Positions 36,153-50,200 of a stretch of DNA of 64,000 nucleotides are shown here, in pieces. Source of the DNA: Oikopleura dioica (Eukaryota > Animalia > Chordata); NCBI GenBank assembly GCA_907165135.1, contig OU015567.1, positions 868,001 to 932,000 on the forward strand. Reading direction: 5' to 3'. Numbering within the stretch: the stretch's first letter is position 1; each line of letters opens with the position of its first letter. The notes under the pieces were generated by a model, which was given only the letters and a program-made list of their open reading frames with translations, searched no databases and was not told the origin of the DNA. A program made the translations under genes and the position numbers.

Positions 36153-37315
36153 TTCTTTGTATTTTTTACTTTTGGCTATTGAAAAAGCTCAAAAATCGAT
36201 GGGCGAAATGAGAGAAATATAAAAATAAAATCGACGTTTGCCGTGCATCGAAGCTGGTTTACGTAATCATCAACATAAAATAATCGTTAAAAAGTTGATT
36301 TCATCAACAACAAATTAACTCGACGAGAGTTGAACAGTCGGGAAAATAGTTGATATAAGTTGTGGCTTGGAGTTTTTTGAAAAGCAGAATCGTTAAAAGC
36401 TCGAAACGCATCTTTTTGGAACTTGACTTTGAGAAGTGAGAATAAAGAGCTGGTTTAAAATTGCGTTAACATCGTTTCATGCATCAAATTTAATTGCAAG
36501 TGTCAAGGACATATTTGAAAGTTTCGAGAGAGTTTTGACTGAAAATAACGAAATCGGTCGAAATGCACTTACAAGTTGGGGTTAACATTTCGTCCCTCGG
36601 TTTCCGATAAATTTCCAGAACTGCAATTTCGGTTTGAAGATCCAAAAAGATTATCCGAATGCTAGCCTGAAATTTCTTAGATACTTCTCAACCAATTATC
36701 GCCAATCATCCAGAGAAAATAGTGTTGAATTGAGTGTTGATTTCTGACACGGAAGAACCTGTTTCTTCTATCTGTTTGATATTTTGTCCTGTAAAAAGTT
36801 TTAAAAGATGACTCTAATTTAATAAAATTGATTTTAAAGCAAAACTCATAAGAAATGTAATAGAATTGATTAAAGTCGGCTAAGTTGAACTTTCTTCTAT
36901 CCAAAGCTTTTTATGGCCAGTACAATCATTAAAAAGCCGGCTGCTTAATTTTTCGTAATTGACTTCGCCGATCGGGCAGACAAAAGTCGCGGGGACACTG
37001 CCTCAAATGCTAACAGGCATAACGTACAAAAAATAAACTTTTTATCTGTAAGAGATACAAAATTTAAAGTTATGTAAAAATGATTAATAAATGTTAAAAT
37101 GAGCTTTATACAAATTTTTGATGAAAAGTCAAATTTGTGTACGTAACGCCGACAAATGCTCGTTATACCGCCTCATTTTTCCAGATGTCAATATGTCTAA
37201 TATTAAGATAAGCTACACATCGGGAAATATTAGTTTGACACATTTTCATAATGAGAATAAACGAAAATGAGAAGAATAGGATCTCTGTTATTTTCGTCGA
37301 TAGAAGCAAAGCGAA

Positions 37316-39253
37316 ATGAACACTACGGTATACTCTGATTTTTTGTCGCTTGGAAAGAACATGGAAGAGTTTGACATGCGACACAATTTCGGGAATGTTG
37401 ATAAATTTAAACCGCCATATAAGGTAACAGAAAAGATACTCACAAATCAGAAAAAAAATTAACTCTTCCTAGTGAAAATCGTAGGCCAGACTTTGTCTAA
37501 TAATGAATTCAGCTTTCTGTCGGAATTGTTGTTTTTGGAGTTATTTCAAATCTCAGGAACTGGTCCGATTTTGAGACAGAAATTTTTAATGATGGATTTT
37601 CGAGATCACCCAAAAGTATTTTATACTTCATCTTCAAGGACAGTGGAGTCGTCAAAACAGCCCTTGCTCCGTATTATCTCAACAAGAGCAATCGCTCTCG
37701 AATGATCGATTTCAACTTCTTCTGGCTCTGCTCCTTCAGCCTCATGGATTTGTTAGCGCAATCGCTGCTCCTTGGCCAGACTTTTCGGGGCGATTCGTTT
37801 TCGGGACGACTGGAAACTTGTCAGATTGCTTTGAGCCTCGCTCATTTTTCAAGAATAATGATCTCGATTCAAATATTTTTGATTGCTTGCTACAGACTCA
37901 ATATTATGACACAAGGACTGACGACGCGAAAACGAATGACGAAAAAGCTTATTGATCAAATTTTCTGTTTTCAGATCTTGGGTGGGTCTAGATCAGGTTA
38001 GGGGGGGTTAGATCAGGTCTAAACTTTAGAGTCTAAAGTGACTCTTGCCCGCCCTTAGCTTGGTGACCCAAGCCCTAGAGTGACTTTTGCCCACCCTTCG
38101 TTAGATGACCTTAGCCATGAAAGGACTTTTGCCCACCCTAGGCTAGGGTAACCCTCGCCCTGAAGTGCCTCTTGCCCACCATAGGCTAGGACGACCCTAG
38201 CCCTAAAGTAACTTTTGCCCACCCTTGTTTAAGACTTATGTCGCCATGCTCATAGCTGGATACGAGGCCTATGAAGCCGGCAAATTCGGATCCAGAGGCT
38301 TTTTCGACGAAATCGGTACCTTCAGAGCCAAGTCAAAAGCTCTCCTCGAAATCTTCCTCCGTTACTCGGAATATTATTCCAACACTCCTCGAAACCTCTC
38401 AAATGATGCGCTCTTTGACTCCTACTGCTGGCCGAATTCGAAGAAAGATCCTTTGGTTTTCCGAGACTCTGAATATCGATTCGCTTTCTATACGATTGTT
38501 CTTCCAATAAGTGGACTGATGCTGTGCTACTCGAAAATTGTTTTCATGGTCCGAAAGAGCTACAAACTAATCGGTAAATTTCTTTTCATTCTTTTTTTTT
38601 GCAAAAATGATTTGAGATAATGCAACTCGATTGACGAGACAAAACAAGCAACGACTCGACGTTGTGCTAACAAAAAAGCTTGTGCTCGTTTTTCTGACTT
38701 ATGTTCTTACCATCGGTGCTTTTCGACTGTTTCGAGTGGTCAGTGCCTCAAAAAGACAATCCAGCCAAAGCGATCAAAGACATCATGCAGCTAAGCGCTT
38801 CTCAGTCCACTCCCCGTCAATTCATTCATGCTTATGATCTACTGATTACATTCGAGCACAACAAGCATATCAACTCATGCTTTTAAGCTTTTGCTAAAAA
38901 CAGTAATAATATAATAGACGGGTCTTGGACCAAGACTCTTGGTTCTTGAAATCGCTTTGCAGCTGCACCGCCCGGGGAGCTCGCCTCGATCGAGCCCAAA
39001 AATTCGAGCGATCCCCCGGGGCTGCGCGCCCAGATTTGATGTTAGATTGGTTCGGAAGCAGCTGAACAGGTCTTTCTCGGAAATCACCGACGATCTTTTT
39101 TTCTGGACCATATTCCGGAAAACACTTTGTATAAAAAATACTCGCCATCACCCGAGAAAATTACTTGTATTTAAATTTTTCAAAAGGGACAACGTATTCG
39201 AAAGTTATTGGAAGAAAGCGAAAAAGCGCTGCTTTAACCATAGCTATTTCTAA
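37316..39253 (+). CDS. Rhodopsin-class GPCR, copy 2 (intact through TM5; small deletion removes an acceptor near TM6)
   Basis: Colinear with 15084-17080; ORF 38225-38620 carries ECL2 and TM5 in one frame. Confidence 0.6.
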
Positions 39254-39880
39254 TTTTGCTCATTACTTTGGAAAAAATGATCCACTTATATTATTTTAAT
39301 ATTCTTAAGAAAGTTCTACTGATGGCAAATAATTTTGCCATTGATCAATTTTCATTAACTTCTTCAGTTTACTTAATTTTTACAAAAAACACACACCCTA
39401 CAATCAAAAATTTAAAAAATGACAAATCTGTTAATGAAATTGAAGTGTAGTGAATATAAAAATTGTTTGCCATCATTAGAAAAATCTTTTAAAATTATAA
39501 TGATAATGATTGAAGCACTATTTCAAAAGTTATCTCAAAATTACCTAAAAACCTGCTTATAGCAGGGCGATTTTGTTTTCTGGCAATAACTTTTGTTAAA
39601 ATGCTCTGATTTCAAAAACTCAAAAATTAATAAATAAGTCTCATGAAGACAAAAAATTTTAGTCAAATGTGATTTTTCGTAGCTTGTACTATTTAGAATT
39701 TAACCGCGCTGCGCCGCAGGAATCAACAACGAAGCTTGCAGCTATTACAGCTGCTTTTCTTATTTTACCTTATAAAGATACCACGCCGTGTATTATCCAG
39801 ATTTTCGCGCTAGAATTTTTACCCTCTAGCGCCTTGGTAGTATTTATAAACTCTCATTTTGAAATCTTTCCATCACAAAA

Positions 39881-40952
39881 ATGCCTGCAGCAGATAGGCC
39901 ACGAAGAGGGCCTCAAGCTCGCGATATTTATGTTCCTGCTAATAACGAACCAAGGTACAATGCAGCTCAGTTACGACGAATGCGAAACGGAAGACAACAA
40001 GAACGACAACGAGAAAATCAAGCCCAGCGAACGAACAACCCAGAACGTCCAGAAGAAGTTATCGCCCGAATAAGACGCGAAAATGCAAATAATCCCGCCA
40101 AAATCGCCAAGAAAATCAAAAAAACTTTAGCCCTCGTCATGAAAGGGCTTGGAAAACACGAACCTTCACTTCTGTCTCAGAAGCTCCCAATGCATCCTGA
40201 TGAGTGGATCCCGGTCTTCAGAAGATTCACGGATGAACAATGGGGCGCCCATTTCAACCCGGATCATTTTGATTCTGTTGATGATCCAAGGTGAATTTTT
40301 AAGAAATCTTTAATTTTCAAAAACATCATTTTTAATTCTGAAACTATAATTTTTTATTTTCAGATTCGAATCCGCCGTCAAGAACTTCTTGTTCGTCGAA
40401 AGAACCGCTGATTTCGACAATGACTCCATCTTCATGGCCGAAAAATTCAAGCTGCCCAATCTTCTTGGAGAGGGAATGATCAAGGGACGACAAATTGCAA
40501 CTCTCGCCGTCCCCGAATGGCAAGAGCACATTTCAGAAATTGAGCTGCGCCAGATTCTCAACGAATGTGTCGCCACAGCCATCATCACCGCCATCGTCAG
40601 CCGCTACGTCTGCCTCCACCCCAAATGCCGACTCCTCCTCAAGGACGACAAAGCCATTTTCCCTCACATCCGCTATTTTCATCCCGAGCAGTTGAAGGAA
40701 AACAGCGTTGGCCGCCGAAAGAGAAAAGCCGCCTGGAAGTACCGCTCATTAGACAACATGGATGACTGCCCCGCTGGCAAGAAATTCCTCTTTGGATTCA
40801 AGGACAAGGACTCCAACTTCTATGAAAAAGTTTCCACTTCCGAAACGACCGTTCTCTACACTTCTCGCCACATTAACGCTACTCCAACCCAGTTCGAGCA
40901 TCCTATTCCTGTTCACAACTTTCCCGCTCATTACGATTCTGACTCTGACTAA
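39881..40952 (+). CDS. Two-exon orphan C2H2 gene, copy 2
   Basis: Near-identical to 27545-28616, frame intact. Confidence 0.8.
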
Positions 40953-41289
40953 ATATTTCCTAATTTCTGTAAATAAATGCAAAAAATTGAAAATAATGCC
41001 TTTATATTTGCAAAAGAAAGCATCATAAAATTCAAAAAACCTCAGCCCCCTCGGCTCCTCCCTTTTTAGGGAGCAGCTGAGGGGGCTTTTTTGCGTTCGG
41101 TCAATTTTTTAAGTCGAAAAATCAACTGACAGAACGCAAAAAAGCCCCCTCCGCCACTCCCTGAAAAGGGAGCAGCCGAGGGGGCTGGGGTTTTTTAGAG
41201 CATTCTTCCTTGATTTAAAATTCTCAAAGCCAATTTTCCTCCAGAAAACTTATTTTTTCTTTATTTTGACCCAAAATTCGATTTGAAAC

Positions 41290-42200
41290 GATCTCGAAAT
41301 CGGCCATTGTATCGTTTTGTATATCCAAGAAAAATGTTACCCTTCGCCGATTTCGCCTTGCAAAGTCCGAATTCATCCTTCGCCCGAGCGAGATTCGCTT
41401 TTTGCGTTTCGTAAGGGAGATCAGAAACGGGAAGGGAATTTCTTCTCACTTTCAAATCTTGAGTTAAACTTTGAAAATTCGCGAGAGCAGGGTTACGGCC
41501 GTTTTCACCGTGCATTATCAAGACGGAGGATAGCTGCTCAGTTTCCGTATATACGCATTCATAATTGGGACAGGGACAACCGTTTGGGCAGTTTTCGTTG
41601 CAGGGGCAGTCGAGAATGTTCTGTGAGTATTCCCACGTACAGAGAGTGAGACAACTCGAGTTCCCGCCGCAGCTCCCGATGCATTGAACTCAATTTGAGC
41701 AGCTCTTGCTCAAGGTCCGCCAGGCATTTTATATGGTCCTCATTTTCTTCAGGAAAAGCACAAATGTCGCAAATATCAGCAGGACAATCCTCGCAGCCTG
41801 TAGGGCAATCAATGTGGCAAGGACATCCATCAATACAGTCAAATCCTTCCCGGACGCAGGAGTTTTCGCAAAGTGCATCCCCATTTTGACAATCGTTCAA
41901 GCATGCCAAAAGATCATCGCTACAGCTTGTTGAGCAGATTTCACCGAGATCAAGGTCCGTGCAAGTTTCGTTGAGCTTCGGAAGCTGGTCGAAAAAACTT
42001 TCTCTTGCGAAATTATCAAAAACGGGAAGAACCATTTTTTGCATTTTCTGAGGCGATTTCAAGCGATTCAATGCGGCAGCTGATTATTTCTCAGAATAAA
42101 AAAGAGACTTCAGTGAAATTTTAAACATTTATTTACTTATTCTTTGTTCAACTGAGGCAGGACAGTAGCAGGCTTCTTTTATTTCGAGCCTGTTAAAATT
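41290..42200 (-). pseudogene. Cys-rich secreted-type protein of the Oikopleura multi-copy family, frameshifted (copy at 47553-48463)
   Basis: CSTSCSDDLLACLNDC..CPCHIDCPTGCEDC..CAFPEENEDHIKC, then in a shifted frame CIGSCGGNSSCLTLC..CPCNENCPNGCPCPNYEC..SVLIM. Confidence 0.7.
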
Positions 42201-42869
42201 TATTAAGAATTTATGTACAGTTTTGTTTGATTGTTTTTTATTTATATATACCGTATATAATATACGTCCTTGGCTATCGTTTTTTGTTTTTTTTTTGTCT
42301 GGGCGTTTTGTCGTTGAGTAGCTACAGTATTTTCCGGATTGGACTATTTCGATTGATGATTTTTTGAGGATTTTTGGAGTTTCTTTTTGAACAAATCAGG
42401 TCTTTTTTAACTTAGATTTGAGGCATCAAGGCAATTCCATATTTTCGTTTATCAGGAATCAGTTTTGGTTAAGTTGAAAATAAATTTGTTGAACTTTTAC
42501 TTGTATTGCGTTTTTGAGTGGACTTCTCAGCAGTTCTTCAGCTCTCGGTTGTGCGCTTCGATGGATTTTAAATTACTGTCGAAAAGATCGCGCCATTTTA
42601 GCGAGTTTGAATGGCGGTCGATTTTGAATTTTCTTCGCGAACCATGTCTAAATGGGAGTTTAGCCTTCCCATAAACGATTTTCCATTTTCTTATGTAAAA
42701 TATGTCCTTGTTCTATGTAAAATGAGTCCGTTTTACTTGATAATACCCGGTCCGATCACATGCACTCACGGGCAAGGGGCGAGCATGGGAGGGGAGGGCG
42801 GGCGAAATCACGCACCAATCTTGCGGAAAGGTTTTTTTCCTCGAAACATATATAGATTATTTTTACTAA

Positions 42870-43209
42870 CCAAAACTTGTTATCGAGCCATATATTATTC
42901 TTGTCCAAAACATACCAATTCTTTTCAAAATAAGTACTCCAATCGTCATCGAAATGATTGCGACAGTGAACATAGTGTTGTAAAATTTCAGCGCTTCATT
43001 GCAGAGAGACTTGTTGGGACTCCAAATATCGTCCGTTCTATTTGAACATATTGTCGAGTAAAAAATTCCCTGTGATTTAAGCTCATCTTCAATAAATGAA
43101 AATCCAAAAATAACACCTAAAAAAAAGATTTTAATTTTTTATTTAACTTCCCGATAAACAGGCGCCCGACGAAGCGCTCAAAAACAGGGTTGGGAGAGAG
43201 GGCCACCAT
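42870..43209 (-). pseudogene. SLC43: SLC43 exons 1-2 only (copy at 49133-49472)
   Basis: Matches 8790-9143 with a 12-nt deletion. Confidence 0.7.
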
Positions 43210-43719
43210 GCATTTTCAGCCCCGCGCGCAGTGCGAGTAAAAGCTTGAAAGGCTTTAAGCTCTTATTTGCATAAGTTATAAAGTCTAAACGGTTATGCTG
43301 CATTTATAATTTGTTAGGGCTTTCAACTTGAAAAGCAAATTTCTAATTTGAATTGGAAATGGATTGGTAATTGGCTGGATTGGAAAAAATGCGATTGGAT
43401 TGGATTGTCAGTTGGTTCGATTGACCAAAAATTTTTTTCCAATTGTGCAACCATGATCCTTATTTTTACGAGCAATTATTCAGCTCCTAATTGATGAAAA
43501 AATCATTTAAATTTGTTCAATTAAAAATTTTATGAATCATTATTAAGGACCCACCCGTCAAGATTTTAAATATCGAAATTTAAAATTTTGACCTCGGATT
43601 CGGATTCCCTGTGCCGAAAAACCATTTTTTCGCGCCATTTAATATCCGCCTATCTCCACTCTATCACCCTTAATAATCGAGTCAAAGTTTAAGAATTTGT
43701 AAGGGCGGTGCGACGCGCT

Positions 43720-44389
43720 ATTTTCAACAAGTATTTCTTAAAAAACCGATCATCGACGTTTGTTCTGGACTTGGCCAACCATCAGTTTGAGCCTGAGATG
43801 GGTTTTTCTGATCTTCGATGAATCTTCTGGCAATAGTATCTAACTCGTCGAAAGTTGTTTTCGCGAGTGAACTTCTAAAGAAAAATTAATGGATAAGGTG
43901 ATCAAAAACTTACGAAGATAGCTTTTGCCCATAATCAAAGACGTAATTCTCCTCAAAGATGTTCGGATTCGGGTTCAAATTGAGCATTCCTCGCAGTCCG
44001 AAAAAGCTGGAAAGGCAGACAATTCGAGCTCCCTCGCGAGCAAGAGGAAACAGTGATTTTAGAGCAGAAGAAATTCCAAAATAATTGACATCGATGGTCA
44101 ATTTGATACTCTCAAATGATTTGTCATTTATTTCTGGCGCAACACCTGCGTTCAAAACCAAAATATCAAAAGAAGACGGTCCCATCTTCTCTGCAAAATT
44201 CAGCACACTTTCTTCGTTGCTTATGTCTAGCCTTTCGACTTGCAATTTTCCGCAATTCTCTATTTCCGGGAATCCTTCCGGGTTTCTCGCTGTCGCCACA
44301 ATTTTTTTAACATCTTTCTCTCCAATTAAAAGTTTGACGCATTCAAGTCCGATTCCACGATTTCCGCCGACGACGATTGCAGTTTTCAT
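43720..44389 (-). pseudogene. CBR1: CBR1-like SDR, 5' half only (catalytic YxxxK exon missing)
   Basis: Exons 1-2 intact, truncated at junction GCGACGCGC|TATTTTCAAC (about 43719). Confidence 0.8.
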
Positions 44390-45553
44390 TTCTTTGTATT
44401 TTTTACTTTTGGCTATTGAAAAAGCTCAAAAATCGATGGGCGAAATGAGAGAAATATAAAAATAAAATCGACGTTTGCCGTGCATCGAAGCTGGTTTACG
44501 TAATCATCAACATAAAATAATCGTTAAAAAGTTGATTTCATCGAGAACAAATTTACTCGACGAGAGTTGAACAGTCGGGAAAATAGTTGATATAAGTTGT
44601 GGCTTGGAGTTTTTTGAAAAGCAGAATCGTTAAAAGCTCAAAACGCATCTTTTTGGAACTTGACTTTGGGAAGTGAGAATAAAGAGCTGGTTTAAAATTG
44701 CGTTAACATCGTTTCATGCATCAAATTTAATTGCAAGTGTCAAGGACATATTTGAAAGTTTCGAGAGAGTTTTGACTGAAAATAACGAAATCGGTCGAAA
44801 TGCACTTACAAGTTGGGGTTAACATTTCGTCCCTCGGTTTCCGATAAATTTCCAGAACTGCAATTTCGGTTTGAAGATCCAAAAAGATTATCCGAATGCT
44901 AGCCTGAAATTTCTTAGATACTTCTCAACCAATTATCGCCAATCATCCAGAGAAAATAGTGTTGAATTGAGTGTTGATTTCTGACACGGAAGAACCTGTT
45001 TCTTCTATCTGTTTGATATTTTGTCCTGTAAAAAGTTTTAAAAAGATGACTCTAATTTAATAAAATTGATTTTAAAGCAAAACTCATAAGAAATGTAATA
45101 GAATTGATTAAAGTCGGCTAAGTTGAACTTTCTTCTATCCAAAGCTTTTTATGGCCAGTACAATCATTAAAAAGCCGGCTGCTTAATTTTTCGTAATTGA
45201 CTTCGCCGATCGGGCAGACAAAAGTCGCGGGGACACTGCCTCAAATGCTAACAGGCATAACGTACAAAAAATAAACTTTTTATCTGTAAGAGATACAAAA
45301 TTTAAAGTTATGTAAAAATGATTAATAAATGTTAAAATGAGCTTTATACAAATTTTTGATGAAAAGTCAAATTTGTGTACGTAACGCCGACAAATGCTCG
45401 TTATACCGCCTCATTTTTCCAGATGTCAATATGTCTAATATTAAGATAAGCTACACATCGGGAAATATTAGTTTGACACATTTTCATAATGAGAATAAAC
45501 GAAAATGAGAAGAATAGGATCTCTGTTATTTTCGTCGATAGAAGCAAAGCGAA

Positions 45554-46580
45554 ATGAACACTACGGTATACTCTGATTTTTTGTCGCTTGGAAAGAACAT
45601 GGAAGAGTTTGACATGCGACACAATTTCGGGAATGTTGATAAATTTAAACCGCCATATAAGGTAACAGAAAAGATACTCACAAATCAGAAAAAAAATTAA
45701 CTCTTCCTAGTGAAAATCGTAGGCCAGACTTTGTCTAATAATGAATTCAGCTTTCTGTCGGAATTGTTGTTTTTGGAGTTATTTCAAATCTCAGGAACTG
45801 GTCCGATTTTGAGACAGAAATTTTTAATGATGGATTTTCGAGATCACCCAAAAGTATTTTATACTTCATCTTCAAGGACAGTGGAGTCGTCAAAACAGCC
45901 CTTGCTCCGTATTATCTCAACAAGAGCAATCGCTCTCGAATGATCGATTTCAACTTCTTCTGGCTCTGCTCCTTCAGCCTCATGGATTTGTTAGCGCAAT
46001 CGCTGCTCCTTGGCCAGACTTTTCGGGGCGATTCGTTTTCGGGACGACTGGAAACTTGTCAGATTGCTTTGAGCCTCGCTCATTTTTCAAGAATAATGAT
46101 CTCGATTCAAATATTTTTGATTGCTTGCTACAGACTCAATATTATGACACAAGGACTGACGACGCGAAAACGAATGACGAAAAAGCTTATTGATCAAATT
46201 TTCTGTTTTCAGATCTTGGGTGGGTCTAGATCAGGTTAGGGGGGGTTAGATCAGGTCTAAACTTTAGAGTCTAAAGTGACTCTTGCCCGCCCTTAGCTTG
46301 GTGACCCAAGCCCTAGAGTGACTTTTGCCCACCCTTCGTTAGATGACCTTAGCCATGAAAGGACTTTTGCCCACCCTAGGCTAGGGTAACCCTCGCCCTG
46401 AAGTGCCTCTTGCCCACCATAGGCTAGGACGACCCTAGCCCTAAAGTAACTTTTGCCCACCCTTGTTTAAGACTTATGTCGCCATGCTCATAGCTGGATA
46501 CGAGGCCTATGAAGCCGGCAAATTCGGATCCAGAGGCTTTTTCGACGAAATCGGTACCTTCAGAGCCAAGTCAAAAGCTC
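45554..46580 (+). pseudogene. GPCR 5' half, truncated in ECL2 and fused to the intron of the C2H2 gene
   Basis: Matches 37316-38342, then switches to 40318 sequence. Confidence 0.7.
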
Positions 46581-46626
46581 CAAAAACATCATTTTTAATT
46601 CTGAAACTATAATTTTTTATTTTCAG

Positions 46627-47215
46627 ATTCGAATCCGCCGTCAAGAACTTCTTGTTCGTCGAAAGAACCGCTGATTTCGACAATGACTCCATCTTCATGG
46701 CCGAAAAATTCAAGCTGCCCAATCTTCTTGGAGAGGGAATGATCAAGGGACGACAAATTGCAACTCTCGCCGTCCCCGAATGGCAAGAGCACATTTCAGA
46801 AATTGAGCTGCGCCAGATTCTCAACGAATGTGTCGCCACAGCCATCATCACCGCCATCGTCAGCCGCTACGTCTGCCTCCACCCCAAATGCCGACTCCTC
46901 CTCAAGGACGACAAAGCCATTTTCCCTCACATCCGCTATTTTCATCCCGAGCAGTTGAAGGAAAACAGCGTTGGCCGCCGAAAGAGAAAAGCCGCCTGGA
47001 AGTACCGCTCATTAGACAACATGGATGACTGCCCCGCTGGCAAGAAATTCCTCTTTGGATTCAAGGACAAGGACTCCAACTTCTATGAAAAAGTTTCCAC
47101 TTCCGAAACGACCGTTCTCTACACTTCTCGCCACATTAACGCTACTCCAACCCAGTTCGAGCATCCTATTCCTGTTCACAACTTTCCCGCTCATTACGAT
47201 TCTGACTCTGACTAA
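46627..47215 (+). pseudogene. Exon 2 of the orphan C2H2 gene, now downstream of GPCR 5' exons
   Basis: Identical ORF to 40389-40952 with its acceptor retained. Confidence 0.7.
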
Positions 47216-50200
47216 ATATTTCCTAATTTCTGTAAATAAATGCAAAAAATTGAAAATAATGCCTTTATATTTGCAAAAGAAAGCATCATAAAATTCAAAA
47301 AACCTCAGCCCCCTCGGCTCCTCCCTTTTTAGGGAGCAGCTGAGGGGGCTTTTTTGCGTTCGGTCAATTTTTTAAGTCGAAAAATCAACTGACAGAACGC
47401 AAAAAAGCCCCCTCCGCCACTCCCTGAAAAGGGAGCAGCCGAGGGGGCTGGGGTTTTTTAGAGCATTCTTCCTTGATTTAAAATTCTCAAAGCCAATTTT
47501 CCTCCAGAAAACTTATTTTTTCTTTATTTTGACCCAAAATTCGATTTGAAACGATCTCGAAATCGGCCATTGTATCGTTTTGTATATCCAAGAAAAATGT
47601 TACCCTTCGCCGATTTCGCCTTGCAAAGTCCGAATTCATCCTTCGCCCGAGCGAGATTCGCTTTTTGCGTTTCGTAAGGGAGATCAGAAACGGGAAGGGA
47701 ATTTCTTCTCACTTTCAAATCTTGAGTTAAACTTTGAAAATTCGCGAGAGCAGGGTTACGGCCGTTTTCACCGTGCATTATCAAGACGGAGGATAGCTGC
47801 TCAGTTTCCGTATATACGCATTCATAATTGGGACAGGGACAACCGTTTGGGCAGTTTTCGTTGCAGGGGCAGTCGAGAATGTTCTGTGAGTATTCCCACG
47901 TACAGAGAGTGAGACAACTCGAGTTCCCGCCGCAGCTCCCGATGCATTGAACTCAATTTGAGCAGCTCTTGCTCAAGGTCCGCCAGGCATTTTATATGGT
48001 CCTCATTTTCTTCAGGAAAAGCACAAATGTCGCAAATATCAGCAGGACAATCCTCGCAGCCTGTAGGGCAATCAATGTGGCAAGGACATCCATCAATACA
48101 GTCAAATCCTTCCCGGACGCAGGAGTTTTCGCAAAGTGCATCCCCATTTTGACAATCGTTCAAGCATGCCAAAAGATCATCGCTACAGCTTGTTGAGCAG
48201 ATTTCACCGAGATCAAGGTCCGTGCAAGTTTCGTTGAGCTTCGGAAGCTGGTCGAAAAAACTTTCTCTTGCGAAATTATCAAAAACGGGAAGAACCATTT
48301 TTTGCATTTTCTGAGGCGATTTCAAGCGATTCAATGCGGCAGCTGATTATTTCTCAGAATAAAAAAGAGACTTCAGTGAAATTTTAAACATTTATTTACT
48401 TATTCTTTGTTCAACTGAGGCAGGACAGTAGCAGGCTTCTTTTATTTCGAGCCTGTTAAAATTTATTAAGAATTTATGTACAGTTTTGTTTGATTGTTTT
48501 TTATTTATATATACCGTATATAATATACGTCCTTGGCTATCGTTTTTTGTTTTTTTTTTGTCTGGGCGTTTTGTCGTTGAGTAGCTACAGTATTTTCCGG
48601 ATTGGACTATTTCGATTGATGATTTTTTGAGGATTTTTGGAGTTTCTTTTTGAACAAATCAGGTCTTTTTTAACTTAGATTTGAGGCATCAAGGCAATTC
48701 CATATTTTCGTTTATCAGGAATCAGTTTTGGTTAAGTTGAAAATAAATTTGTTGAACTTCTACTTGTATTGCGTTTTTGAGTGGACTTCTCAGCAGTTCT
48801 TCAGCTCTCGGTTGTGCGCTTCGATGGATTTTAAATTACTGTCGAAAAGATCGCGCCATTTTAGCGAGTTTGAATGGCGGTCGATTTTGAATTTTCTTCG
48901 CGAACCATGTCTAAATGGGAGTTTAGCCTTCCCATAAACGATTTTCCATTTTCTTATGTAAAATATGTCCTTGTTCTATGTAAAATGAGTCCGTTTTACT
49001 TGATAATACCCGGTCCGATCACATGCACTCACGGGCAAGGGGCGAGCATGGGAGGGGAGGGCGGGCGAAATCACGCACCAATCTTGCGGAAAGGTTTTTT
49101 TCCTCGAAACATATATAGATTATTTTTACTAACCAAAACTTGTTATCGAGCCATATATTATTCTTGTCCAAAACATACCAATTCTTTTCAAAATAAGTAC
49201 TCCAATCGTCATCGAAATGATTGCGACAGTGAACATAGTGTTGTAAAATTTCAGCGCTTCATTGCAGAGAGACTTGTTGGGACTCCAAATATCGTCCGTT
49301 CTATTTGAACATATTGTCGAGTAAAAAATTCCCTGTGATTTAAGCTCATCTTCAATAAATGAAAATCCAAAAATAACACCTAAAAAAAAGATTTTAATTT
49401 TTTATTTAACTTCCCGATAAACAGGCGCCCGACGAAGCGCTCAAAAACAGGGTTGGGAGAGAGGGCCACCATGCATTTTCAGCCCCGCGCGCAGTGCGAG
49501 TAAAAGCTTGAAAGGCTTTAAGCTCTTATTTGCATAAGTTATAAAGTCTAAACGGTTATGCTGCATTTATAATTTGTTAGGGCTTTCAACTTGAAAAGCA
49601 AATTTCTAATTTGAATTGGAAATGGATTGGTAATTGGCTGGATTGGAAAAAATGCGATTGGATTGGATTGTCAGTTGGTTCGATTGACCAAAAATTTTTT
49701 TCCAATTGTGCAACCATGATCCTTATTTTTACGAGCAATTATTCAGCTCCTAATTGATGAAAAAATCATTTAAATTTGTTCAATTAAACATTTTATGAAT
49801 CATTATTAAGGACCCACCCGTCAAGATTTTAAATATCGAAATTTAAAATTTTGACCTCGGATTCGGATTCCCTGTGCCGAAAAACCATTTTTTCGCGCCA
49901 TTTAATATCCGCCTATCTCCACTCTATCACCCTTAATAATCGAGTCAAAGTTTAAGAATTTGTAAGGGTGGTGCGACGCGCTTGGAAGCAAGTTTTTCAC
50001 ATAAAACATAAAAATCACGTTTTTTTATTTATTTCATAAACGGAAAGTATTTTTTATCAGAAAATTTGTTGTAACAATTATTCATAGTGCACAATTAAAG
50101 AATTTTTCGCTGTTTTTATCAATTCTATATTAAAAAGAAAAAATCACTTTCGAGTGAACCCTTTACCATATCTTTATTTTTTTTCTGGTGCCCACGACAT

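Larger units (their letters stand above)
40318..43719 (+). repeat. 3.4-kb near-identical direct repeat, second copy at 46581-49982 (offset 6263)
   Basis: Identical ORF sets recur at +6263; only scattered single-base differences seen. Confidence 0.92.
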
